The position numbers and the translations under genes are program-made. From Chiloscyllium plagiosum (Eukaryota), in the NCBI RefSeq assembly GCF_004010195.1, contig NC_057718.1, positions 69,354,851 through 69,405,394 on the forward strand: a DNA stretch of 50,544 nt, written 5' to 3'. Below are positions 1 through 13,195 of the stretch, in pieces. Numbering within the stretch: position 1 is the stretch's first letter; each line of letters opens with the position of its first letter. Under the pieces are notes generated by a model that worked only from the letters and a program-made list of their open reading frames with translations, was not told the DNA's origin and did no database searches.

Positions 1-430
1 TCCTGCACCATCCGTGTAGCCACGCATTTAAGTGTTCTCTTTCCCTATTCCTCGTATCTCTATCACGTGGCACGGGTAACAAACCAGAGCCAACAACTCT
101 GTTCGTTCTAACTCTGAGCTTCCAACCTAGCTCCCTGAAAGCCTGTCTAACATCCTCGGCACTCCTCCTACCTATGTCGTTGGTGCCAATATGGACCACG
201 ACTTCGGGCTTTTAAAGGGGAAAAAAACCTACCCAGGTAAGCTTACACTAACTGCTTCCGGGTCTCGGCTGCCCCTCTGGTCGTCGTCACTTCCCCCTGG
301 TGCTCCCGCTCTTTCTGTGAAGAGAGAGTGAAAGAGAAAAAAAAACACCGCTGCCCGCTACCGGTAAGCACTTTTAAAACCAAACGGTCTTACCTTCGCT
401 GCTGCTCGCACTGGAACATCTTCGCTCAAC
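1..430 (-). mobile_element. CR1-type LINE 5' region: ORF1 SGNH-esterase fragment joined to a GC-rich 5'UTR-like segment
   Basis: Minus strand 123-210 translates as PEVVVHIGTNDIGRRSAEDVRQAFRELG, which contains the GTND motif of CR1 ORF1 esterases. CpGs are retained, suggesting a young copy. Confidence 0.75.
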
Positions 431-597
431 AAACTTTAATCCCAATTGCTAAATAAATGGCGCAGATTAGAGGATTGGAGGCAGCCTTGTGAAAGGCAAA
501 TTATGTTTAACTAATCTAATTGAAGATTTTCATTAAATAAAATGAAAAATTATTGAATGGAATACAATGGAGGAGGTTTTGCAACAATTAAGCAAGG

Positions 598-819
598 AGA
601 AAGTGAGGACTGCAGATGCTAGAGATCTGAGTCTAGGGGGTGGTGCTGGAAAAGCACAGCTTGTCAGGCAGTATCCGACGAGCAGGAGAGTCCATGTTTT
701 GGGCATAAGTACTTCATCAGAAATGCCATTCTTGCTGAAGGTCTTATGCTCAAATATTGACTCTCCTGCTCCTCAGATGCTGCCTGCCTTGCTCTGCCTT
801 TCCAGCACCCCACATTTCG
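598..819. mobile_element. PLE family A non-autonomous fold-back element with two decayed head-to-head hammerhead motifs
   Basis: Inverted arms meet at cttcatcagaaatg-c-cattcttgctgaag (about 727). TSD acaat(t/a)aagcaagg at 584-597 and 820-833. Same family as 15061, 32287 and 46237. Confidence 0.8.
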
Positions 820-849
820 ACAATAAAGCAAGGTTAGGTTAGTGAAATT

Positions 850-2300
850 GAGAAATAATTGAAATTAGTGATGTAAGACACTAACAAAGAAAAAATATTT
901 GATATAATGGAACAACATTTGGAATGTGAAGAGGAAAACATTATCCTGAATAAATGGCAGATTGAATCGGCTACCATTCAATTGCAGATGAAGTGCTTTG
1001 AATTAAAAACAACAGATACAGAAAGGTGACATGTAATAAGAGACAGAGCTGCACAGAAAGAAGCTGGATAGTATGAACTAGAAAAAAGACTTCATTTATG
1101 TGATGAAGGAAGAACTGATGCTTTGAACAATGGAAATTCAACTTCGATTTGTAAAGGATGTTAGCCTGGTGTCGAAATTACTGAAGATGATGGGTAGAAT
1201 AATACTTCATTTCATTTGAGAAAGCTGCCAAAATGTAATGGTGGTTCAAGGAGATATGATTTTGTGAAATGCTTTGAGTAAAGGAATGAATGTTTATTCT
1301 AGGCTTTAGGAAGAACAACCTTTTGTAATTGTGAGAAAGATGACATTGTGATACTTATCACAGATGATATGGCTCCTGAAGTGAGTCAATTAAAATTTTA
1401 AACTGCAGACAAACAAAGATGCTTACATCAGATTTTTTTTGTGGAATATTTTGCAAAACTGCTGTTATTATTCAATGAAATTAAGTGCAACTTTAGAAAA
1501 TGTGAAGGGCAAGATAATCGTAGAAGAAATTAGGAACAGAACTCTCATTTGAAGGTTGGGAAAGTTTCTAAAATGGTGGTGGCTTTAGAAGATGATTGTA
1601 ATAACTCTCATAAAAAGCTAGGAAGAACAAATCTCCATTTATGAATCCTCAAAAAAGATGAGATAATTGGAAAAAGAATATAAGGGATTAATTGAGTAGC
1701 TGAAGTTGTAGTTACCGTAATTCAAAAGGTTGTGTTATTTTGTTTCCACTTCTGTAAGTTTTCTACGATCCTGTTTGTGAAGGTGATGGGAAATGCTTTT
1801 TAGCAGCCAGAGTGATGCACACCAATTAACAATTAGATCATTTTTAAGCCAATGTATTTGCCTTTAGAACTCTATATAAGTACATCTTAGTGAGAGTGTC
1901 TTCCGGATTCTAGAAACTACGCTGGGAAAAACTGAGTGAAAGAGACAGAGATATCAAGGTTTGAATTTCCAACCTGCATGTTTATAATAATGAGTTTTTG
2001 ATGTAAACCATTTCCTGACTCCAAGTGTGGTATTTATCTCAGATCACTATTCTAAGCAATGTGGATGATAATATCAAAGATTTTTTTAAAAATCTGTTTC
2101 CATTGCAGTGAGAGGGATGATTCAAGTGAATTGTTGGGTGTCTCAGGTATCTTCTGAAAAGACTGTCTATCAGTAAAAGAAATGAGCAATAGTATGAACC
2201 TGTATGATGAACTCAATTGCTCAAGTATTTGAGTAATTGCTCAAAATAGTCAGAAAGATTCTTCCTTAGGTACTGAGAAAGTGAGTCAGCTTATTGAAGG
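850..2300 (+). pseudogene. Highly decayed Gmr1-like Gypsy gag(-protease) relic
   Basis: Remnant peptides FVKDVSLVSK and YFISFEKAAK (about 1148-1232) and MAPEVSQLKF resemble Gmr1-type gag (VRLVPKF...YFxxFEKxA...LVPEAYRQKF). Many stops and frameshifts. Confidence 0.5.
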
Positions 2301-2309
2301 TTAGTAAAA

Positions 2310-4995
2310 CCATAAAATGTAAGAGAAGCAGACATTTCATCTAATAATCTTCAACTCCACTTACTTGCTCTTTTTTCATAACTCTTGATTTCCTTATGAA
2401 AAGTTTATTTGTGTCAACTCTGAATTTACTTAACAACCCAGCCTTGACAGCTCTCTGTGGTGAAGAATTCATTATGATCCCTTATTCTGAGATTATGCAC
2501 TTTGGCTCTGGATGCTACCATAAGGGGATCTTTTCCACATCTACTCTGTCAAGTCCATTAACATTCTTGTCCAGGATGTTTCAATAAGGTTTTCTAAATT
2601 CCAAAGAATGCAGGCCCAACCTACTCAACTTCTCTTCATAAGACAATTCCTAATAGTGAATGTTCCCTGGATGGTCTTGAGTGTCAGCGTAATTTCCTTT
2701 TAGATAAGGGTCCCAAAATTGTTCATAGTATTCAAGTGTGGTCTGATTAGTGCTTTGCATACTTCTAGGAAAGCCTCCCTACTTTTGTGCTCCATTCCCT
2801 TGAAATAAAGGCCAACATTCCATTTGCTTTCCTATTAGTTGTTGAACATAAATACTAGCTTTTTGTGACTCACAGTTGGGGACTCCCAAATTCCTCTGTT
2901 CTGCTTTCTGAAGTCTTTCTTCATTTAAATAATGTTCAGCTCCTGTATTCTTTCTGTCAAAATGCATGACCCCGCATTTCCCACAATGTATTTCCTAAGT
3001 CAAGCTTATGCCCGTTCATTTAACATGTCTGTATCCCTCTACAGGGTCTTTGTGTCATCCTCAAACTTGGCTATAGTACATCTAGATGAGATTCCCTCCA
3101 GTATGGAAACAGGCCCCTTGGCACAACAAGTCCACACTGACCCTCCAAAGAGAAACCCACCCAGACCCATCCCCTCCTTTATTCCTGACTATGGGCAATT
3201 TAGCATGGCCAACTCACCTGACCTGCGCATCTTTTGTACTGTGGGAGAAAACTGGAGCACTCAGAGGAAACCCAGGCAGACATGGGGAGAATGTGCAAAT
3301 TCCACAGAGACAGTCACCCGAAGCTGGAATCAAACCCGGGCCCCTGGCGCTGTGAGGCAGCAGTGCTAACCACACCATACCACCCCCTCATTTACTTGCT
3401 TCTTTAGTCATTAATATATATTGTAAATAATTGTGACCCCAGCACTAATTCCTGTCCTACTCCATTAGCCACAGGTTGCCATTTTGAAAATGTTTCTGAT
3501 CCCAATTGTCTTCTATTGGTCAGCCAAATCCTTTAGCCTTACCAACATATTACTTCATATACAATGGATTTTTTTTTAGTGTAATGTGTGCAACCGAACT
3601 TTAGCCCCATTAGTTTCTTTAATTTTTTCTCAAGTGATTTGTTGTTGTATTTGTTCCCTCTCCTCCTTTTGCCTTCTGATTATTTATTTAGTAATTTTAG
3701 AATGCTATTATTGTTTTCTACTGTGAAGACTGATGAAAAGTATTTATTAAACTCCACTGCCATTTTTTTGGTTCCCCATTATTGTTTACCTTTTTACACT
3801 TTTAAAGAAGATCTTACTGTCCTTCTTGACGTTAACTTGCAAATTAACCCTCATAGTTTACTTACTCCCCTTTTTTGGTTATCTTTTAAAAATGTTCTCA
3901 ATCCTCTTGTGTACGACTAATATTTGCCACATAGTATGTTTTTGTTTCAATTTTATACTAGACTTAATTTATTTTGTTAACCATGGTTGGCATGCCACAT
4001 TCCTAAAATCATCCTCCTTCACTGGGAGGTATCTTTGCTTATGAGCAGTGAACTATTTTGTGTTTGCCATTGTTCCTCAACAGTCTTTGCTAAACTTCTT
4101 TTGCAATCTGCATGATCTCAATTCTGCAAAATTACCCATATTTTGACTGAGCCCTGTTGTTTATGGCCCAAGTTCCTCCCTTTCAAACTGAATATTAAAT
4201 TTTACCATGCTATGATCACTGTTTACTAGGGGATTTTTTTATTCTGACATCATTTATTAAACTTGCCTCATTACCAGATCAAAAATTGCCTGACTGGATC
4301 CACTACATGTTGTCATACCACTGTTCTGAATAAACCCTATGAATTCTTCCTCATGGCTTTCTCTACCAATCTTACTACCCTAATCTCAATTAAGGTCAAA
4401 GTCTTGATTAATGTACTGCCTTTGTTATATGCCCTCATTATCTCCTGAGTTATTCTGTCTCACCATATAGATACAGCTGCTCCTACTAGTGTCATTTTTC
4501 CCCTTTTTACTACTTTCCTCTAACTATATGGTGTCTGTGTCTTTCAATCCAAGATCTTTCCTTGCTTTCGTACTTGGTGCAGGATGGAACCAATATTTTC
4601 TCATAATCCATTCCTTTATGCTTGTCCTTTTGGAAAGCCACATACCCTAAATATTTATTTCCTAACTTTGATATCCTTGAAATCATGTCTCCATAACGGC
4701 TATAAGATCAAACCTGTTGATGGCAGAAAAAGAAGTGAATTCATTTATTTTGTGCTGAATACCATATTCAAGGAAGGAGCAATCAAATTTTGCCTTTTAC
4801 AACTTTTTTTCTTCGTTTTGACCCTATTTGACTGCTATTTTTCCGTGTTTGTATACTCTGTCCTTTCCTGGCCCAGTGTGAGTATTGTTATTCAAACAGC
4901 TGCCCTTTAAATGCTGCCATATCTCCATGATTTTTATTTCCCCTCTTCCCAAACCCTCCGCACTCTAATCATTTTAAAGCCTTATCTACAGCTCT
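2310..4995 (-). mobile_element. Old CR1 LINE (ORF2 remnant), interrupted by a SINE
   Basis: Minus ORF 2779-2967 (HF...YLNEERLQ..QRNLGV) matches the CR1 ORF2 C-terminus, and CR1-like sequence continues to an ORF1-end-like region at about 4990. Confidence 0.7.
3085..3385 (-). mobile_element. HE1-like V-SINE
   Basis: tRNA-like head (GTGGTTAGCACTGCTGCCTCACAGCGCCAGGG...GGGTTTGATTCC), V-domain (GTGGAATTTGCACATTCTCCCC...) and LINE-like 3' tail. Confidence 0.9.
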
Positions 4996-5499
4996 AGAAA
5001 AAAATTAATTTCTAAGGAAGAAGCATTCCTTACATCTGTAATGAAATACGTAAACAAATTTAACTTGATCCAATATGCAAAACATTAGCTACTGTTGGTG
5101 GATAATGACACATTGATCTTCTAGAGTCTGAAAAGTCTGAGTTTGTTCCCTTATATCAAGGTGCTACCAAGTGACTAAGTACACAGAATTGTCACTGCAG
5201 GAGTTATTCCAAGTTTTGCATATTGAAGAGGTAGATTTTTTTAATTGAAAAATTATTTGACAGATGGTATGGTTTTAGCGTTTCCAAAAGTTTTAAGAGA
5301 GTCAGTTGAATTGCAAGAAACTGATTTTGCAAGATAAACATTCTGGATTCTTCCTAGATTATGTAGTATTAAGGTCTTCGGCTCATAAGGAAAGAAAGAA
5401 CAAGGAAAAATCTATCGAAAAGGAGAATAAGTCAAAAGTTAAATTAGTCAGGATTTTTTCGATTTGCTTGATAAGGATAAAAACCTGAAAGAATGAGGC

Positions 5500-6015
5500 T
5501 GTACGGAACTTTGCTTAGACCACAAGTGGAATACAGCATGGAGTTCTGGCCAGTGTACTACAGGTCGATTTGTTTGCACTGGAGGGGGCACAAAGGAGAT
5601 TCACCAGGATGAGCATCTTAGCTATGAAGAGAGACTGAATAAGCTTGGGCTGTTTTCTTTTGGAGCAGGAAAGATTTAGGGAGGACCTGGTAGAGGTGTA
5701 TATGAGGGATATGGACTGGGTGAATAGAAAGCAGCTGTTCCCTTAGTCAAAGGCTCCTTAACAAGGGGGAATAATCTTTAAATGAAAGGAAGAAGGTTTG
5801 TAGAAGAACATTTTCCCCCAGAACATGGTGGGAATCTTAGGAAACTGCCAAGCACAAGAGCTGAGGCAGGTAACCTCACAACCTTTAAAAATTACTTAGA
5901 TGAGCACTTGTGGTCTCATAACTTTCAAGGCTATGTGCCTAATGTGGGAAAGTAGGCCTAGGTCAGTAGTGGTATATTTTTGCAGTACAGACATGAAGAA
6001 ATGTATGATTCCATG
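5500..6015 (+). mobile_element. CR1 LINE 3' fragment
   Basis: RP..EY..FW and QRRFTRM..LSYEERLNKLGLFS remnants; ends in a tatgattccatgact tail. Confidence 0.8.
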
Positions 6016-6799
6016 ACTTATTTTGTTGAACTTCTTAAATTGACCACCAGATCTTGATTTGCAGGGACTACCTGAGACTCTGTACTCAGAAAAGACTTCT
6101 TACACATAAAAAAATCATAATTAAGAATCAGAGACTTCCTCAAACACCAGTGAATGAAAAATGGACCATAGCCCATCTAATTGTTCTCCCTGTTTATCTC
6201 CCTCTTTATTTTAAGGATTGCATATGAGATTTCAATATCAGGTCAGTTTGGGATAAGAAGGACTCCAGCATTATTTCCTTGCATTCATATTTCCTTATTG
6301 GCTAATCTCATCTCCTTTATATTCAGCTTGTGTTTCACACTTGTACTGCTTATTCTTGACATGAAAACCTGAGCAGTTACTGCACAGATGAAGCAGCACT
6401 TGTTTGTCCAGATCTCCAACTTAAGGTCCATTCAATAACATCTTAATGCATGCTCTGTGGAAGGCGATTGCTTCCAGCTTTCAACCACAAAAGTCAACAT
6501 TGGTAAAACAGCACCCTCATGGAGTAACTCATAACATTCTTCAGCAACTGACTACTTTGAAGCTTATAGACATCTTACCTGTCAAGTTGATATGTGGTCA
6601 GGGGTACAGCAATCTCTTGTATTTTTACAGAATGTATTTTATTGTTTATAGCTTGCTTTCTCAGCACTCATATTTGTTTTGTGTTGACCTGGAGCTCACA
6701 GTATCTCTACTTTGACTTGCCTTTATTATTAAAGGTATGCCAAATACAAGTCGTATTCAATATGTTTGCCACGTAAATATGCCAAAACATATGATGTCA

Positions 6800-8381
6800 G
6801 GGAGGATGTGTGTACTTCAGGGAGGAGAAAAGGAAGGAAGAGAGTAATATGACTTTAACTGAGAGTTCAGATGATGAGACAGAGACTGAAAGTTTTTAAA
6901 TTGAACTCCCTCATAATCAAAAAAATTAGTAAATAGAGGTGTTAAATAAATGGATAAAACTTCATACTATCTTCAAGAGATCTCCAAATGACATACTTGA
7001 AATGCTTTTTAAAAAATGTCAGTGTATTGATGGGTCATGTTGAATAATGTTAATGTGGAAAATCCTCCACACATTCAGCAAAGCCCCTATTGATTGAACT
7101 CTGAGCACTTAACTCAACATCTTCATGTTGGATAATGATATATTTGAACTAAGTCAAGCAATGGGAATTCACCAGTTGCAGTTCGAACCAAAAACTGATG
7201 GAACATAAATACAGCCTACATCAATGTAAAGTCATGTCAGCAAGAATAAAACATGCATCAGCTATTTCTCAAACATAATAATAAATCAATTCATTGAACT
7301 ACTTTATTGATATTAAGGATTTATTAGTCTACATCAACACCTGGTGAGACACCTCAATGCCTTAACCAAGAAACAAAAAAATGACTCAATAATAAGTGAA
7401 TTTGCCCAAGCCAAGGTCGCTTATTGGGGCATGTGTGGGCCAAGCTCAAGCAATCCCAGAGAAGCTAAAGTTTACGTGATTACAGATGTTTCTGATCCTA
7501 AAACCAAGAGAGATACTGCAGTTCTTCAAAATGTAAGGAATATACCGGAAATGTGGCCCATATTCCATCACAGTAGCTACTCCATTAACAAACACATTAG
7601 ATGATGTCATAAATAGTCAAACACACTATTGGCAGACGACCTTGAGAGATTAGAGACTGCATCATTAAATGTTAGTGCTAGCTGTTTCAAATTACATCAC
7701 AGAATTCAAAAAAGCAATTGATTCCACTAATGTGGGCATAGATATCACATTTTTGTAAGATAATAATATTGACATAGAGCATCTAATTAATTACTTTACA
7801 AGGAAACTTAATTCTCAAGTACTCCACAGTTGAATAGGAAGCATTAAACCTTGTTTTTACTTGTTTGAAAAAGAATTCATAAATATCAGAGATATTATCA
7901 TCTATATGGACCCCAATCCATTAGTATTTTGGAGAAATTATGGCAAAAAATCTCTTTGCTTTGCTGGAATCTGATGCTGCAACCATTTCCTTTAAAATTT
8001 GTTCACGTTGCAGGAAGGAACAGCATAGTTACAGATGCTTTATCTGGAGTTCGGCCATTCATTTTTCATAATTCTTAAATATATAAAGGATACTTATAAA
8101 CTTTATATTATGCCAGATATTTTGGGCAAAATTGTTCCATCCATCTTTTGATCATGGAGCTGGGATTTCTGAATATTTATTTAAGAACAAAGAACAATAC
8201 AGCACAAGAACAGGCCCTTTGGCCCTCCAAGCTGTGCCAACACATTTTGGACATTTAACAACGGAGAGAGGATTTTTGTGTGTATGTTTATAATAAGATA
8301 GTTGCCAAAATGCTTACATTAAAGTGTGTAACACTTTAAAGGTTTCTGAAAAACGTTACTTTAGTAAAGCTTTAGAGAGGG
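6800..8381 (+). pseudogene. Decayed Gypsy pol C-terminus (RNase H) followed by a polypurine tract
   Basis: KYSTVE*EALNLV (7817-7855), IIIYMDPNPLVF and WNLMLQPFPLKFVHVAGRNSIVTDALSG (to about 8048) are Ty3/Gypsy RNase H motifs. No integrase follows. agagaggg at 8374-8381 precedes TGTGATG. Confidence 0.7.
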
Positions 8382-10800
8382 TGTGATGACTTATGTCTTT
8401 GATCAGCCATTCAAGAACAAGGCTTCTCCAGATTAGGATTTCTGGTAAAGCACTAAGGCAACAGTTATTGATTATATGACTATGTTGATTAGGAGATAAA
8501 CAATCAAGTCATGGAGCTATACAGCATGGTAACTGACTCTTCAGTCCAACTCGTCCATGCCAACCAGATAGCCTAAATTAATCTAGTCCGACTTGTCAAC
8601 ATTTGGCTCATATCCCTCTAAATCCTTCCTATTCATATACCCATCCAGGTGATTTTTTAAATGTTGTAATTGTACCAGCCTCCACCACTTCCCATGGCAG
8701 CTCATTCCATACAAATGCTGCCCTTTGTGAAAAGGTTGTCCCTTAGGTCCCTTTTAAATCTTTCCCCTCTCAGCTTAAATCTAAGCCCTCTAGTTTGGAT
8801 TCCGCTACAAGACCTTGGATAGTTGCCCTATTCATGCCCCTCATGATTTTATAAATCTCTACAATGTCATCTTTAGCCTCTGATGCTCCAGGGAAAATAG
8901 TCCCAGCCTATTCAGCCTCTCCTGAGAGCTCAAACACTCCAACCCTGGCAACACCCTTGTAAATCTTTTCTGAACCCCTTCAAGTTTCAAAACATTCTTC
9001 CTATAGCAGAGGCAGAAGTGGCTGAACCAATGTCCTGTACAACTGTAACATGACCTCTTGACTCCTATAATCAATGCACTGGCCAATAAAGGCAAGCATA
9101 CCAAATGCCACCTTCACTATCCTGTCTACCTGCAACTCCACTTTCCAGGAAATGTGCATCTGCACCCCAAGGTCTTTTTGTTCAGCAACACTCCCTAGGA
9201 CCTTACCATTAAATATGTAAGTCCTGCCTTGATTTGCCCTTCCAAAATGCAGAACTCGCATTTATATAAATTAAACTCCATCTGCCACTTCTCGGTCCAT
9301 TGGCCCATCTGATCAAGATCATGTTGTAATCTGAGGTAACTTTCTTTGCTGTCCACTAGACCTCCAATTGTGGTGTCATCTGCAAACTTCCTAACCATAG
9401 CACTTATATCCACATCCAAATCACTTATATCAATGATGAAAAGCAAAGGGCCCAACACTGATCTTTGTCGCAGGCCTCCAGTCAGAAAAGCAACACTCCA
9501 GCATCACCCTCTGTCTCATATCTTCGAGCAACAGAAAAGAGATCAACAAGTAGTTAATTGTGGGAGCATGGGGATGATTTGAATGTGGGCATGTCTCAAA
9601 CAGGATTTTAGTTTTTGAGTTTAGAACAAGCTTACAGCAGGAAATTTTCTTTCCAACGGGGTTCAAACAAAATTACTTGAGCTGACTATAAATTGTAAAA
9701 CTCTTGATAACTGAAGCACTCCTAACAATGAGTTGGACTTCTAGGAAAAACCAAGATTCTTAAGTTAAGAACTTTAGAAGTAGAGAAGTTCTGATATGAG
9801 CAGCTGTGCCAATAACACTATCAACATTGTTGTTGAACTGGAATGCCACATCTGTGGGATTATTGGAAGTGATTTAAAGGATTAACCTTGGCAAAAATAA
9901 GCAGAAGACACACAAATCTTAACCTTAATACTGATTTAAAAACAGTACTCAGATCATATGTTTGATCTTCCTGTTGTTCAAGTATTTAATTTAAGCTTGT
10001 GATGCTATCACTTTAACAAAGTTATTTTGTCCTTTTGGGTTTTTTAAAAGAAGGGTCATAAAGGCAGAGATGCTGAAATTTCTTGGAAACAGCCTAGTTT
10101 AACAATGGCAGGGGAGTAGCCAGTTCTCTCATTTCAGGTTTTTTTCTAGTTTGGTTTAATTGTAGGAGAGAAGCTGATGGTAGCAGACAGTCATAAGCTA
10201 CTGCAGCAAAACAGTCCCATGCTTCAGCAGATGATTCTTGACTGGCTTCTCTCCTGCCTGTAACAACCTGTGTTTGAATTTACCTTTAGCTAAGGGGTGT
10301 GTTTATGGGATGTTGCAGGAATTGGAACACGTCCTTAGTTAAGTTGTGGTATTGAGTCAGTTGAGTTTTCATATGGCTAAGTTATTCTATATTCTGTTTT
10401 CTTTTGTTCATGTTTCAACTGTAGTGTTAAATAAGTTTTTGGTTTGCTTGAAGCTGAGTGCTTGACCGGCTGCATTGCCCACTTCACATCTGCCTTTAAA
10501 ATAAGAAAAAGGCTACCATCTTGAAATATTTTAAGGGGGTCTGGCCTAGTCCATACAAGACTACAAGTCAGAAAGACAAATTAAGAAGTTTGGTTTAAAA
10601 TGTGAGTTTCTGTACTAATTGTAACTTTAATATCTTTAATATAAGTAAGATAGTGTTGTTGTCAATATCCAGGTTCTTTGATTTTTATGTTGTAAAGTTA
10701 CTTTGCTTTATTTGGTTTTTGTTTTGTTTTATTTTTGAATTCTAAAAACAAACATTTTGGTCTCTGAGATACAATATATTATACTATATATGAAATCATT
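8382..10800 (+). mobile_element. Putative 3' LTR of the Gypsy relic, interrupted by a CR1 copy and a possible nested solo LTR (about 9998-10557, TGT...ACA)
   Basis: TG start directly after the PPT and LTR-like composition. No second LTR copy was verified, and the 3' end is uncertain. Confidence 0.35.
8507..9527 (-). mobile_element. CR1 LINE 3' fragment (RT C-terminal part plus tail)
   Basis: LGPLLFII.ISDLD...KFADDT; VLHFGRANQ; LEGVQKRFTRVLPGLE.LS.ERLNRLGLFSLE. Confidence 0.92.
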
Positions 10801-10880
10801 GCAATGTAAGTTTGTCAGTTTACATGCAGTTTCAGCATTTTTATAGTTTGTGCATCATATGGATTTATGTTTTTTTTAAA

Positions 10881-11148
10881 TTTAAAAATCTCACAACACC
10901 ATTTTATAGTCCAACAGGTTTATTTGGAAGCACTAGCTTTCGAGGCACTACGCTTCATCAGGTGGTTGTGGAACATGACCATATGACACAAAATTTACAG
11001 CAAAAGTGTCATGGAGTTGTAATGATATATTAAACAACTTTAGTTAAAAATCACACAACACCAGGTTATAGTTCTTAAACAAATTTAGATTAAGTCTTTC
11101 AATGTTTAGGATGGGATATGGTGGTTTAGGTTCTTTAATATTTAAGAA
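10881..11148 (-). mobile_element. PLE family B terminal fragment with hammerhead motif (10931-10964, stem II disrupted)
   Basis: Reverse complement reads CAC-CTGATGA-agcgtagtgcctc-GAAA-GC-TA-GTG; homologous to the arms at 24423 and 28694. Confidence 0.8.
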
Positions 11149-11152
11149 TTTA

Positions 11153-11500
11153 AGGGTGGCACGATGGCTCAGTGGTTAGCACTGTTGCCTCAGCGCCAGG
11201 GCCCCGGGTTCAATTCCTGCCTTGGGCGACTGTCTGTGTGGAGCTTGTACATTCTCCCTCTATCTGCGTGGGTTTCCTCCTGGTGCTCCGATTTCCTCCC
11301 ATAGTCCAAAGATGTGCAGGTTAGATGAATTGAATTGGCCATGCTAAAATTGCCCATAATGTTAAGGGATATTTGTAGGTTAGGTGTATTAGTCAGGGGT
11401 AAATGGAGGGGAATGGATGGTTGGGTTAATCTTTGGAGGTTCGGTGTGGACTCGTTGGACCAAAGGGCCTGTTTCCACATTGTAGGCATTATATCATTCT
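11153..11500 (+). mobile_element. HE1-like V-SINE
   Basis: gggtggcacgatggctcagtggttagc (A box), gggttcaattcc (B box), V-domain and tail. Confidence 0.92.
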
Positions 11501-11804
11501 AAACCACTACAAAATGTTTTGCTCTTTTGTACCTTTTGAAAGTTGTAATTGAATCTTCTTGAATGACCCTTTCAGGTAGTGCATTCCAGATCACAATTCA
11601 TTGTATAATTTTGTTAATCATCTGCGGGTTTTTTTTGCCAGTTACCTTGAATCAGTGCTGTATACCAAGCCTCCGAAGTTTGAAACAAGTCATTCAAACT
11701 TTCATTGATCTAGACACAATCCCAATTTCTCTAATCTTTTCATATAACTGCAATTTCTCACACCTTATATCATTTTAATAGATCTCCTTTGTACCTATTC
11801 TATG

Positions 11805-11895
11805 ATTACCCGATGAAGGAGCGACGCTCTGAAAGCTAGTGTGCTTCCAATTAAACCTGTTGGACTATAACCTGGTGTTGTGTGATTTTTAACTA
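11805..11895 (+). mobile_element. PLE family B terminal fragment starting at its hammerhead (core mutated to CCGATGA)
   Basis: tacccgatgaaggagcgacgctctgaaagctagtgtgcttcc...gtgtgatttttaact. Confidence 0.8.
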
Positions 11896-12490
11896 CGAAT
11901 TTGACATTCTCCTAAAATGTGGTGTCAGGTAAAAGGCAAAATATTCCATCTGAGACCGAAATAATTTCTTTCATTTTATTCTGCAGCTCCATTTAGATTT
12001 ATATCCTTTTTAATACCTAGTAACTTTTGTTACACCTTTCAAAGATTTGTGCTTCCATGTCTCTTTTTTTCTACACAAATTATATGAATTACGTATCATG
12101 CCAAGGAGCCATCACTGCTGTCAGCCAAATTGGCCATTTCTTAGAAACCCCTGTCGCGTATTTTAAATCTCTTTGTATAACTGTAAGAATCTTCTTAGAC
12201 CAATCTCCATTTTGAAATGGTGAGAGTTCAGGTCAAACTATTGCTCCAGTTCATCGTCTGTACTTTTGCTAGGTTTTATTTAGGTTTATAAACCTAAATT
12301 CTATTTGAAGCTATTGGATGTCTGTTGATTGTTTATAAATTATCCATCATTACGCAAGCTACTCTAGTCTCCTCCACCAACTGTCTGTGTTCCTAAGGAC
12401 AAGGAGCTGGAGGGGACTATTGGACCCCTTGAGCCTGCTCCACAATTCAATTTAAAATCATGGTTGATCTGATTTGTAAATCAAATCCAC

Positions 12491-13195
12491 ATTCGACGTT
12501 TCGGGCATAAGCCCATCACCAGAAATGTTGAGGGGGGAAGGAGGCTGAGAGATAAATAAGGGGATGGAGATGGGGTGGCTGGAAAGTGATAGGTAGATGC
12601 AGGTGGGGGCTGATGGTAATAGGTCATTCGGGAGGGTGGAGCGGATCGGTGGGAAGGAAGGTGGACAGGTAGGACAGATCAAGAGGGCAGTGCCAAGTTG
12701 AAGGATTGGATCTGGGTTGATGTGGGGTGAGGGGAGATGAGGAAACTACCGAAGTCAATGTTGGAAAGTCTGAAGGCAGAAGATGAGGCGTTCTTCCTCC
12801 TGGTGTCAATTGGCTTAGAATTGGCGGTGGAGGCAGCCAACGTCCTTGTTGGAGTGGGAGGGGGAGCTGAAGTGGTAGGGCACAGGACACAGGCACAGGT
12901 TGTTTAGTGTGTCTGTCCCAGAGATATTCTCTGAAACATGTGAGTTGGCGTCCTGTCTCCCCAATGTCAAGGAGACCACATCGAGAACACCAGACACAGT
13001 AGATGAGGTATTTGGACGTGAAGGAAAATCTCTACTGGATGTGGATGGATCCTTTGGGCCTTGGACAGAGGTGAAAGGGTAGATGTGGGCACAGGTTTTA
13101 TACCTCTTGTGGCAGCAAGGGTAGGTGCTAGGAGTGGAGGGTGGTTTGGTGGGGAGTATGGATCTAACGAGGAAGTCACGGAGAGATTTCTCCAT
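12491..13195 (-). mobile_element. Penelope-like element (family A, Neptune-like): GIY-YIG endonuclease remnant, 3' region and hammerhead at 12490-12527
   Basis: KSLRDFLVRSILP...YPCCHKRYKTCAHI (Cys linker), then a frameshifted HLIYCV..YIGETGRQL GIY-YIG motif. Reverse complement reads cattt-CTGGTGA-t-gggc-ttat-gccc-GAAA-CG-TC-gaatg. Confidence 0.85.

Noticed and set aside
6181..6780. Possible decayed RT (GQFGIRRTPALF resembles PFGLxxAPxxF)
   Set aside because: A single weak motif without supporting YxDD context; it could be part of the Gypsy relic but this cannot be supported.
11153..11230. tRNA genes at SINE heads
   Set aside because: A and B boxes are present, but the sequence continues into the V-domain and a LINE-like tail.
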